A DNA stretch of 64,000 nt from Camelus ferus. Lineage: Eukaryota. The number at the start of each line of letters is the position of its first letter. Positions within the stretch are counted from its first letter, which is position 1. The DNA is taken from positions 3,350,001 through 3,414,000 of the forward strand of contig NC_045697.1 of assembly GCF_009834535.1 (NCBI RefSeq), written 5' to 3'. A model generated the notes under the pieces. It saw nothing but the letters and a program-made list of their open reading frames with translations. It was not told where the DNA came from and searched no databases. The position numbers were made by a program, and so were the translations under genes. Shown here piece by piece: positions 12,722 through 23,705 of this stretch.

Positions 12722-12847
12722 TCTATTTTTAAGGCAGCCGACCAGACTGAGATCCCTGATGCCCAGTCATTCATTCCACAAACACTCCCTCTGCCCAGAA
12801 TGCTAGGGTCCTCTCTGGAGTGTGGGTGGCCCCAGTGTCTATGGGCC
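12722..12847 (+). repeat. Dispersed direct duplication, copy A (paralogue at 22828-22953)
   Basis: tctatttttaaggcagc..ccagactgag.tccctgatgc..attcattc.acaaacactccc..gtgggtggccccagtgt.tatgggcc; about 18 differences in ~127 columns by hand alignment. Confidence 0.9.
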
Positions 12848-13767
12848 TGACTGGCCCTGGGACCCTGGTGCCTGGTAGGCAGAGCCGAAGGCCCCTCCCT
12901 GTGCCCCTCCTCGCTCCCCTCCCCCTCCCCTCCTTTCCCCCTCCTAGAGTTACAGCTATCAGTTTTCAGGTGCCTACTTCGGGGCAGGCCTGCACCAGGG
13001 CTTCACTTGCATTATCTCCCTCGTCCCCGGCAGCTCCCTGCGGGGCCAGATTAAAGGCATCACGGACGGGAAAGCACACGGCAAACTGGAGATCGCGGCA
13101 GCGATGTGAGGGGTTACTACTGACAGCGCTCTCTGCCAACGTAACAGGCCCGTGACTGGGAGGGGAGGTGCGGTGGGGGGGGGGCACCTGCAGGGACCTG
13201 AGCATGCCATGCCCAGTCACGCCTTCGCAGGACTCGGGGAGGGCGGGTGGAGACGGCAGAGCAGGCCTGGTGCCTGGGAGATGCAGGCGGAAGCTCAGGG
13301 GGCTACAGATGTCACCCCCTCCCCTGCCCGCTATGCCCCGTGCAGGGCCACGCAGCTGAGGACACCGAGGTGACCCAGGCAGAGGCCGGTCCTTGAGGTG
13401 GAGATGGCCCAGCCTGCGCCCCGACACTGGCAGGGGACCAGACTGAGTGAGGCAGCAGGAGGGCACCGCTGGTGGAGCCCCAGGGGGGTGCAGGAGGAGG
13501 GCGCCCTGCCTCAATTCCGGCTCCACGCCCCTCTCCTCCCTCCCAGTCCTGAGCCACCGTGCCTCCACCCCTCAGCCTCCACAGAACCACCTCGGACTCC
13601 TATTCATCTCCCTGTTTTACAACAAAACTCCAACATCCTGGCTGCAATTACCCAGCTGGGCCTCCAGCCCAGCCTGTCCCTGTGCTCTGGACAGTAGCCA
13701 CCAGCCTTAGGGCACAGAGCCAGAACCTTGTTCCCTGCCCCGTCCAACAGGTAGTTAGGAGCTTAGA

Positions 13768-14050
13768 ACCAGGCTTGGCAACCTCGTTCTGACAGGACCA
13801 GAGAGTCAGCCTTCCAGCCTGCAGGCCACACAGCCTCAGGCCTAACTCCTCAGCTCTGCCACGGCGACGAGCAGCCCCGGGCAGCACGTGGACAGGTGGG
13901 CTAGGGGTGGGCCAGGAAATTTCATGGCTGCTCACTGAAACCTGAACATCATTTCATGTGTCGGGAAAGATGACCATTCTTTTAATTCTTGTCCAACCAT
14001 CTGGAGAAAAACCATGCACGTCCCGACTTCATGGGGTTGGCCCTCTGGAG
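13768..14050 (+). mobile_element. MER58-like hAT-Charlie non-autonomous DNA transposon
   Basis: ccaggcttggcaacc..ggaccagagagt..gcaggccacacag..actcctcagctctgcc..cactgaaacctgaa..tttcatgtgtc..tccaaccat..aaaaaccat follows recalled MER58B. Confidence 0.6.
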
Positions 14051-14852
14051 GGACAATGATGGGCGGAGCGGCGAGGCCTCTGATACGAATGTGTACGTGA
14101 ACCCTTCGAATGGCCATGATTGGAGGGCTTCTCCCACGTGCTTCTGGCCCAGCACAGCGGGGCGCTTCCATCAGTGCTGGGCCAGCCGATTTCCAGAAGG
14201 AGCCTGGTGCTGTGGGAGGGGCCACGCTGGCAGGCAGGTCCCGGACTTGTCCAAATGCACCACCCCACCCCACCCACCCCAGGCGAGACTTTACCCGGGT
14301 CACTCTGGCTCCCTGGCCCAAGTTCCTTTTTGGGGCTTTGCAGACTCCCAAGCTCCTGGCTCCATTTAACACCCACCCAGTGCTAGGAAGCCCCGGTTCC
14401 CTGCGGCCTCTGCACAGCGTGCCTGGTGCTCACTGTTTCTGGTCTGAGATGCAGAGTCCTTTGGAGAAAACCGTCATCTCAGCCCCAGTGTCTGCGTTTT
14501 TCACGGCACCGGCAGCTGCAGGAGCAGGGCACTGCAGCACGGCGCCAGCACCCTCATTTCCCCGGCATCCAGTGCGCGTGCAGGGGGAGGCGGTGAGCGG
14601 GTGTGGGTGCGTGGCCAGGCGCCCACTGACTAGAAAGCCTTCTGAACCACCAGTGACTGAAGGAACAGGTGAAAGAACACATCTAAAAGCCCCCAGCACC
14701 AGGTCCTGCAGACCCTGGGGATTAACTGCTCACACCCCTCCCTGCTTCCCCCTCCCCCTCCCCCTCCCACAGGGCAGGTTCTAAACCCTCTGAGAACCTG
14801 ATGGGGGGAATGGGCTGGCTGCCTGGGAAAAGTGAGCATCAAACATGCCCCC

Positions 14853-14981
14853 CACACACACACACCACGTACCACACATCACACACACCCCACACACACA
14901 CCACGTACCACAGATTACACACACACCACACACCACACATTACACACACACCACACACACACACAGACACACACACACACA
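14853..14981. repeat. (CA)n-rich compound microsatellite
   Basis: Directly visible; includes duplicated cacacacacaccacgtaccaca. Confidence 0.9.
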
Positions 14982-15084
14982 GACACCCCCCAACTTGGTC
15001 TGCATCTTGAGGCACCTGAGGGCCCTAGGAACCCCCACTCCCCCAGCCGCAGGAGGAAGGACCTGGGAGTTTTTAAGACAAGAC

Positions 15085-15560
15085 CGGGGCTGCTCGTCTG
15101 CGAGGCCCCGGCCAGCACGGGAGCAGTCAGTTCTGACTATGCCAACAAGGCGTGAAACGAAGCGCTCGGGGCCTCACTCTGAGTGCCCCGCGACGGGCGG
15201 CAGGATTGGGTGCGGACACGGAGACAGATGGTCCCAGACAGGACGGAGCCGAGGCCGTAGCACCCAGCCCCGCGTCCCACCCCCACGTGCCTCCGACGAC
15301 GACGACGACGGGCGGCTCGGGGCCGTCCGCCCGGTGCGGGGGGCACACGCGGGGCAGGGCCGCGGGCCTGGGCGGGAGCCTGACTCGCGAAGTCTCCTTC
15401 TCCAGCAAGCTGCCGCTCGGTGCAGCTACCTGCGTCTTCTGAACGCACTGACACTCGGCAATTTCAGAGCTGGTGAGGTTTCCAAAAAAGTCCCCGACGC
15501 TGTGAACTTGACTTAGCACGTTTGCAGTAATTAGTCTGGGGCCCCGGGGACGCAGTCCGG
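15085..15560. promoter_or_regulatory. Small CpG-island-like region with (CGA)5 and GC boxes
   Basis: Dense CpGs; cgacgacgacgacgacg near 15295-15310; gggcgg motifs; no recognisable repeat. Confidence 0.5.
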
Positions 15561-15939
15561 GGAGAGGGTGTTAGCGGGCTAATCATCAGCCTGGAGACTG
15601 AAAAATGGGCTTGTGGACGATTATGGTCAGAATTCAATGGAGCTGTTCACCCTGAGCACAATTGCCAAATAATGAAGGAAAACGAGATGCCAGGTTGCAT
15701 TGGCCAAAAGTAAAATACAAAGAGGGAGGCAGAGTCAGACGGACCCCAGGCTGGGGTGGGGGTGCCGACCAGGGACGTCACCGAGAGGGTGACCAGCTGA
15801 GCCCCTCACCGCCGGCTGGGCCCCATCTCACCCCCCGAAGCCTATCCTGAGCTGATGGGGGGCTACTGGAGCGGCCCCGCCCTTCTCTGGAGCTGCGTCT
15901 GTGCTCACGGGTGCGCGGGCCTGACATCTCCATTCTGAC

Positions 15940-16160
15940 CACTTATACGCCAGACCTGGGGCCAAGGGCACAGGCCAGGACGTGGCCCCTGCCCTCCAGA
16001 AGCTCGGGGTCTAGAGGAGAAAAGCCCTTCATAACACAGTGAGGAAAGGTGAGGGGGAGGAAGCCAGGGATGGGGGGAGAGTCCAGCAGGGAGTATCTAA
16101 GTCTACAGGGCGTATCAGGGAGGCTTCCTGGAGGTGGTGACAGCTGAGTGGAGTGCTGAG
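15940..16160 (-). mobile_element. L2 LINE 3' fragment
   Basis: cccctgccctccagaagctc..tctagagg..tcagggaggcttcctggaggtggtgacagctgag is antisense L2. Confidence 0.65.
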
Positions 16161-16864
16161 GACTCACACCTCACCAGGGGAAGCAGAAGACTGGGGAGCA
16201 GGGGGACCCCGGCTGGGATGGCGGTGACCTGGTGGTGAAAAGCTTCACTCAGCACACAGTGGTCACGCAGGCAGGTCTGCAGGCTGGTGGGGCCCTGTCC
16301 CCAGGCCTCCAGGCTCCGCAGAGGCCAGCACTGTCCACGAGAACCTCAGTGGGCCCCTTACTAGCTTATGCTTTTTATTTTTCCAAGGGAAATTATTAAA
16401 GGAAAATGACTATCCTCAACCACCAATTCATAGAAAAAAGGACACTTTCATGCCCCCAAAGAAGGCAGAACCACCCTCAGATCAAGGACAGACATCCCCG
16501 AGGAGGCCGTGGCAGCCCTAAAGGTCAGCTCCCGCCCAGAGCACTTGCTCGGGAAGCACCGTGCTGGGTGTCGGGGGAGGACAGTGAACGGGGAGGCTGA
16601 GAAGGGCCAGGGTCGGGGGTGTCCTGGGGCGTGGTCACCTCTGGCTCTGGAGCAGGGCTGACTCCTAGAGGATGGATTAAGGGCAGCTGCCGGCCGAGGG
16701 TGCAGGAGCTCCCGCCTCTTCCTCCCAGGAGCGGGCTTGGCAGGTTCAAGCCCTGACCGGCTCATCAACAGAACCAGCATGGACATCAGCGTCACTCTCA
16801 GATTCCATCTGCTCTGAAATCCTGGAGACACAGGGTGGCCCAGAGGAGACACCCAGAGAGACTT

Positions 16865-17010
16865 TGCTGGAATCTCAGATCCACCCACGATTGGATGTAG
16901 TTACCTTGAGAGAAAGTCCCTTCCTTCTCTGAGCCCCAGTTTTGTCTGTGAGACCAAGATACGAATTCCCAGCGCACAGAGCCGTCAGAAGGATGAGTTG
17001 AGGTCACCTC
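16865..17010 (+). mobile_element. MIR SINE fragment
   Basis: gttaccttgagagaaagtcccttccttctctgagccccagttttgtctgtga resembles the MIR core. Confidence 0.5.
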
Positions 17011-18929
17011 TGTCACACCAGGGGTCTGGGATGTTCTCAGGACCAAGCAGGGGCAGCAGGATGGAGACACGACTTACAGAGGGCTTCACGGAGGAAGAGC
17101 GACATGGGCTGAACCGGGAGGCAGGGCAGTCCTGACATAAGGACTCTCCCAGGTGACTCCTCCACCTCAGCCTGAGGACCCCGCCTCCAGAGCAGAGCGC
17201 GTCTCTGACGACGCACTGGTTTAGATGCTGGACTCATTGTTTCATTGTTGAATGGCTAACGAGAAATACACAATAACGAACACCGGAGACCCAGAGAGAT
17301 CAGTTTGAGGATGGCAACCCACGCCTTCCTGCGTGTAAATCCGTGGCCGCACCACACAGGCAATGAAAATACCCAAAATCAAAAGCTATCAGCAGGGCTT
17401 TCTGTCCACAAACAGGTGACAGGAAGGTTGATTCTGGTCCTGGGGCTCTCGGGCGCTAAGCTCAGTGCTAGTAGTTAGACAGCTTCAAAGGAAAAGCTCA
17501 GTGCAAAGAGCCCGGTGCACCTGGGGGCCGCCCCCGCCCCCGCCCCCGCCCGTCTATTCAGGAGTGCAGTGAAGGGGTCCCCGTCAGCCTTGGGCGCCCC
17601 CATAATACTCTGCAGCAGTGTGTGACTGCAGACTAACGACGCGTCAGTGGACGCTACGCGTGGGGTCATGGCCAGCAGCTTGGCCCTCGCTGTCCTGGAG
17701 GCCTGCCACGTGCCACGTCCACTCCGTAGGGGGCAGGATGAAGTTGGCGCAAATGGGGCAGGTCCAGCAGAGCCCGAAGAGACGGCCCCAAGGCCAGAGG
17801 ACACCCCTCCCTGTTCTGGAGAAGATGCAGAAGCGATGCCTTCTTAGAAAGCCTGCTGCCGGAGAGGTGCCCTGAAAAATTCTGAGAGGGGTCGATGAAT
17901 CTTCGCAGGTCTGGGAAGCAACCACTCCCAGCAGAAGGCCAGGAGCAAGGAGTCAGGCCCAGATGCCAGAACGCCATGGAACCTTTTCAGTGCCTGAGTT
18001 ACAATCGCCGAAGTCTTAAGGCCACAGAGACGATCATTTAATCAATACTTTAAAAGTGTCATCCACAGTCAAATGGGTTTGAATAGATCTTATCCATCGC
18101 TAAAAAGACCCAAACCTCTCTTCTCCAACAGGGCACAAAAAGCAAATTGTCCTGTGATTTAAAGTAGCTCCTCGTTGGAATAACTCTACTGCAGCTCACC
18201 TTATAGAGTTATAGGATCTTCATATTCAAGGCAAGGAAACTCAGTTTTAAAGAGTAAATTATCATAAGAAGGGATGGTTCATGGGAATGGAAATGGACTG
18301 GTCCGAGCTCGAGGCTTGCAATTAAAGAAGCCCTGCACCACGACTCATGAAGCCAACGCCCCCTCTCTGGCCCCGAGGCGTCCTGCCCTCCCCGCCCTGG
18401 GCGCCCCACCTGTGGCCTCTCAGCGGCTTTGCTGATGCAGGTCCCCGGACCGTCTCCACCGAGGCCACCCCTAAAGGGTGGTTCGTGGGTTTGCCAGGCT
18501 GTTCCGCTGCCAATGGTCTACAAGCAGCGGCCCCCACCCCAGGTGGGTCTACACGACCCGGCTGTGCGTTCCCCGTGCCCCCCACACCCTGACTTAGCCC
18601 CCACCAGGATGGACACGGAGAAGCAAAGGTGTTTGACAAATGTGTGAGGAACAGAACTGCACAGAGGCTGCAGGCAGGTGTGAAGTCACAGGTTATCCCG
18701 AAAAGTCCACCTGGGGAGGCGTCCTTGCACTGGGAAGGCAGCAGGCCAGACCGCGTCCACCTCCTTCCTCACCCCAGAACCAACAGCAAAGCTTCATTAA
18801 ATGCATCCAAAAGTATTTTAAAGTGCAGCGTTGCACTGGCAAGGAAATCGGAGTTTTCAGAGGTCAAAAGCCACAGTGGTCACGGAGCTAGCTTTGGCCA
18901 GCTCTCCCTCAGCACGGCTACCACCTCCT

Positions 18930-19440
18930 GGAGTGGCAGGCCCCACAGCCGTCCCCCAGTAGCCATGCTCCTCTTCCTCCTCACAACAGAGCCCTCAACT
19001 CTCAGCTGGACGTATGACCACACGGAAGAGAGGCCACACTTCCCAGACTCCCGTGGAGCTCGAGGTGACTGTGTAACTAAATTTGGCCCAAGAACATGAG
19101 CAGAAGTGCTGTGTGAAGCACCTGGGAAGTGTCCTTAAAGTGACAGCATGCTGGTCTTCACCCTCTTTCTCCTTCCTATACCTGGAATATGCACACAATG
19201 GCTGGTACTGCAGCAGTCATTCTGGACTGGGCAGGGACCTTGCAAATGGAAACCATGCAGACTTAAGAATAAAGAAGAACTTGAATCCCTTTTGCTGAGG
19301 ATCATCAAACCAGCCCTGCACTGACCACTGCCAGATTTATTGGTCACAAGGGGGAAATAAACTAGCAAACTTCTATCTTAATTAAGTCACGCTGATGGGT
19401 TTGTCCGTTATTCATGCCTGAAACTAACCCTAAGACAACG
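18930..19440 (+). mobile_element. MLT1J-like ERVL-MaLR LTR
   Basis: cacttcccagactccc..gtgtaactaaatttggccc..gcagaagtg..gggaagtgtccttaaag..atggctgg..gcagtcattctgga..ccagccctgcactg..gaaataaac..ttctatctt. Confidence 0.7.
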
Positions 19441-19660
19441 GGACATCTTGGATCTCTGTTTCAATGGCTGCATGAGAGGTGGGGGTCAGGTGACAAAGCC
19501 AAGAAAGGGAACCTGGTAAGAGGCCCTCAGCCCAAAGCTAGGACCCCAGAGGGCTACGCCTTTGGTGTAAGGGTGAGCCGAGAGAAAACTCCAACGTAGA
19601 AGCATGCCTGCCCATCTTTACCTTGTCCCCGGGAAGAGGAGTCAAGCGCACGCGCGCGCT

Positions 19661-20427
19661 CACACACACAGTCACACACACACACAGTCACACACACACA
19701 GTCACACACACACACAGTCACACACACACACACAGTCACACACACACAGTCACACACACATACACACAGTCACACACACACACAGTCACACACACACAGT
19801 CACACACATACACACAGTCACACACACAGTCACACACACAGTCACACACACACACAGCCACACACACACACCAGTCACACACACACAGTCACACACACAT
19901 ACACACAGTCACACACACACACAGTCACAACACACAGTCACACACACACACACAGTCACACACACACAGTCACACACACACACAGTCACACACACACACA
20001 CAGACACACACACAGTCTCACACACACACACAGTCACACACACACACAGTCACACACACACAGTCACACACACACACAGTCACACACACACACAGTCACA
20101 CACACATACACACAGTCACACACACACACAGTCACACACACACAGTCTCACACAAGTCACACACACACAGTCAACACACACACACAGTCACACACACACA
20201 GTCACACACACACAGTCTCACACACACACAGTCACACACACACAACACAGTCACACATACACACACAGTCACACACACACAGTCACACACACACACAGTC
20301 ACACACACACAATACACAGTCACATACACACACAGTCACACACACACAGTCACACACACACATACACACAGTCACACACACACACAGTCACACACACACA
20401 CAGTCACACACACACACACGCACAGTC
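19661..20427. repeat. ~770-bp compound array of (CA)n-GT units (CACACACAGT, variable n)
   Basis: Directly visible; preceded by gcgcacgcgcgcgc at 19646-19659. Confidence 0.97.
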
Positions 20428-20439
20428 CAGGCAAAATCA

Positions 20440-20790
20440 CTGCTAGATGGATGAAAGTTCACTAATTTAATGGTAAAAGGTTCAATTTCCAAGAAAGACA
20501 TAACAATATATGACACTCTAATCTCAGAGAATATAGCCTCCAGACAAGTAAACCCAAAGTAGACAGAACTACAAGCAAAAAAGTCACAAAGCTGCGCTGA
20601 GCCCACAAAGTGTAATGCAGAGCTCCCAGCAACCAACAGGCCAGCAGACAAAAACCGGCGAGACTCCAGGAGATTTAAAGGCGCCTGATCCAGGGGTATG
20701 TTCGGGACATTCTAACTAACTCCTGGGAAACACAGTTCTTTCGGACACTTGGGGAACATTCAGGATAAGACACCAAGACTGTGTCCAAAA
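20440..20790 (+). mobile_element. Old L1 (L1M) ORF2 endonuclease-region fragment
   Basis: taatggtaaaaggttcaatttccaagaaagacataacaat..atagcctccagac..gacagaactacaag resembles L1 ORF2 start (MIKGSI.QEDITI); degraded. Confidence 0.7.
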
Positions 20791-20844
20791 GCAAGTCTCT
20801 GCTGAGGTAAGGGACTCCCGCAGGTCACGTTTCCTGACCACCCG

Positions 20845-21340
20845 TGCAGCTGGCAAAATAATTCACCCCCCAAGGTGCCCACGCCCTCACCCCGGGGACC
20901 CGGGGGTATGTGACCTTTTGCTGCTACAGACACTTTGTGGGTGTGACTAATTAAAGATCCTGAGGTGAGAGAGCACCCTGGACCATCTGGGTGGGCCCCG
21001 TGTAATCACAAGGGCCCTGACGAGAGGGAGGCAGAGGGTCCGACTGAGGAAAGGGGGTGTGACAGTGGGAGCAGAGGGTCCCAGTCAGAGAGACTGAAGA
21101 GGCTTCGCCGCCGGCTTTGAAGATGGGGAGGAACCGCCAGCCAAGGGATGCGCTAAAGCCCGGACGAGTCAGGGACAGACGCTCCCCTAGGGTCCGGCTG
21201 GGAGCTCGGCCCCGCGGACGCTGCGACTTCAGCTCACTGAGACCATCGCGGACTTCTGACCGCCAGGCTCTCAGGGAACAGACTGCCGTTGTTTCGAGTT
21301 TGTATTAAGGCGCCACAGCAGCAAGAGGCAGTCAGATTAG
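20845..21340 (+). mobile_element. MLT1D-like ERVL-MaLR LTR
   Basis: aataattcaccccccaagg..tatgtgacctt..actttgtgggtgtgactaattaaagatcctgag..gggtgggccc..gtaatcacaaggg..ggctttgaagatgg..ggacttctgacc..acagcagcaa. Confidence 0.85.
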
Positions 21341-22827
21341 GACCTGATGAGAGAGGGAAGAGTGCACAAAGCCCCGCAGACACTTACGCATTTAGAAGAC
21401 CTCCCTGGGCCTCACTGCGGCTTAGGGTGACGTCCAAGCCCTAGAGCCAGGACCCCACTCTGTCCCCCGCCGCCGGGCCGCCCCGCCCTGGCACCTCTCC
21501 CAGCTCCTCCCCAGCAGCACGCTCTGCCCCAGCCGGGCTCCCCAGAGGGAGACGGGAGGCGCCCTGGACTGTATGGAATCACAGCGGGTGTGGCCAGAAG
21601 GAACAGTGCATGCAGGAGGTGCACGCAGTTTGCGGGGCAGCCCGGGGGCTGGGGTAGAAGCTAGAGCCGTAAAGGAATCTGTGGCCTGGGGAGCTTCGTG
21701 GGGCACAGCTTGGGGTCTGGGGGGCCTAGTTTTCCATTTGAAGGTCCCAGTGGCACACCTGTCCCCCCCTGGTGCCTGACTGCACCCCTTGCATGTGGCC
21801 CCTTCCTCCAAGATCCACATCCAAGTGGAGGTCGGCGGCAGGGTGAGGATGGGGCCATTCCTAAGGCTGCCAAGGGGACAACCTGTGCCAAGCGCTAAGT
21901 GCCTTTCTTGGTGCCTGGCTTATGGACAGTGGTCACTTCCATCCTCAGAGGCCACGCCAGTGCCCTCCCAGCCCTGGCTGACTAGGTTGGCAGTGGCTGA
22001 GGGGCAAAGAGGTGCATTCTGGAGTCCGACTGACCCTGCCAGCAGCTCAGGAGCCATGAGGATCTGGGGGCTCATGGTCTGGGTGACTCGCTGTGGCTTC
22101 CACACGCCACACCTGAGAAGTGGAGGAATACTGTGTAGAGTCAAAGAAACAGGGCAGAGGGTTCCCATGGACAAAGCCCAAGCAAGTTCAGCAGAACAAA
22201 TGTTCCAGTGGAAGAAAGCAGAAGTAGGGGGAACGCCAGCATCTGCCTGCCTCTCGCCTTCTCCCGCCCACCCCTCCAAGAGCCCGCCCACGGCCTGCAC
22301 ACAGTAGGTGCACCCTGGCGTATTCATCCATCTGCCCACCGCCCATTGTCTGCACCTCCAGGCTGGGCCAGGCTCGGCTCAGGCCGGCCTGACCCACGAT
22401 CACTGTAAGGGCAGAGCCCTAATCAGCTCCAGATGCAGAGGGTGGCTAGGACGCTGTTCCCCTCCTGTGGTTTTGCTGGGTTGGCGGCACAGTGAGCCCT
22501 TTTGAAGCCCCTTCCCCCAGATGGACAGAACTGAGGGGGTGGGGGGACGGTGGCAGAGCCCCCACCTTGGCAACCCCAGGGGAGGAAGCCACGGCTCTCT
22601 CCTGGACCCCGGGGAGCCGGCTCCACCGTGAGTCAGGACAGCTGCCCTGTGGCCCCCTCTGAGGTGACAGCATTGAATGCCACCTGAGCCTGTGCTCCCA
22701 GCAACACCGACCAGCGAAATCCCTGCCGTCTGTGCTCCAGGAAAGAGCTGCTGCGAGAACCCTGGCCCCTGGGACCTAGAGGACACGTGGGGACCCCCTT
22801 GTTTACAAGTGACACAGTCCCCCAAGT

Positions 22828-22953
22828 TCTATTTTTAAGGCAGCTGACCCAGACTGAGGTCCCTGATGCTCATAGATTCATTCAACAAACACTCCCGCTG
22901 CCTGAAGGCTAGGTTCCCCTCCAGAGCGTGGGTGGCCCCAGTGTATATGGGCC
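22828..22953 (+). repeat. Dispersed direct duplication, copy B (paralogue at 12722-12847)
   Basis: See copy A; ends 22 bp before an LTR-like element. Confidence 0.9.
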
Positions 22954-22975
22954 CCCAAATTCCACTCTCTGCTCA

Positions 22976-23705
22976 TGAAAGAACTGCCACCCTGCGGACC
23001 CCACTGACCGAGCTGGACGAAGCGAGATACTCTGCCTGGACTGACTTCAGGCAGGCTCGTCTCCTGGCTGCAGGCCCTGGACTGACTCACTCCTGAGGTT
23101 AGCAAAACCGGACACAGAATGACCCCTCCTGCACTGCCCCTTCTGAGGGTCAGCTGACCACAAAGCAGCTCACCGCCTGCTCACGCCTCCCCTGCTCCAG
23201 TCCTTCCTCCCACTTACTTCTCGCACAGAAGGAAACCCTCTCCCATCACCTGTGGGATGCTCCAGGTCTCACAGTCAGAGTCCCCTCCCTGATGTAAAAG
23301 CACTGCTCCATTATAATAGCCCCGCCCCTCATTGCTAGTCCCTCCCCCACTGTAATAAACCCCCTCCTTTGTAACAGCCCCGTCCCTTATTGTAATAGGC
23401 CCTCCTCCACTGTAACAGCCCTACCCCACTGTAACAGCCCCTTCCCTATTGTAATAGGCCCTCCTCCACTGTAATAGACCCTCCCCTATTGTAACAGCCC
23501 CTCCCCTATTGTAACAGCCCCACCCCTATTGTAATAGGCCCTCCTCCACTGTAACAGCCCCTCCCCACTGTAACAGCCCCACCTCACTGTAACAGCCCCT
23601 CCCCTATTGTAATAGGCCCTCCCTCTATTGCATCAGCCCCACCCCCTATTGAAACTGTTTTCAAATCAAGCCTCTCCTAAAGTGGACTAATTTTTTTCTT
23701 TGACA
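22976..23705 (+). mobile_element. ERV1-like LTR remnant (MER31/MER67-like) containing a minisatellite
   Basis: Starts tgaaaga and ends ttttctttgaca; the ctcccctattg(c/t)aatag motif recalled from this LTR class is amplified inside; no clean TSD. Confidence 0.5.
23290..23651. repeat. 19-21-bp minisatellite, ~17 units
   Basis: Consensus cccctcccc(ta/ac)ttgtaa(c/t)ag; block ttgtaataggccct recurs at 23390, 23449, 23529 and 23607. Confidence 0.92.

Noticed and set aside
19604..20465. 280-aa His/Thr-rich ORFs
   Set aside because: Translation of the (CA)n-GT array
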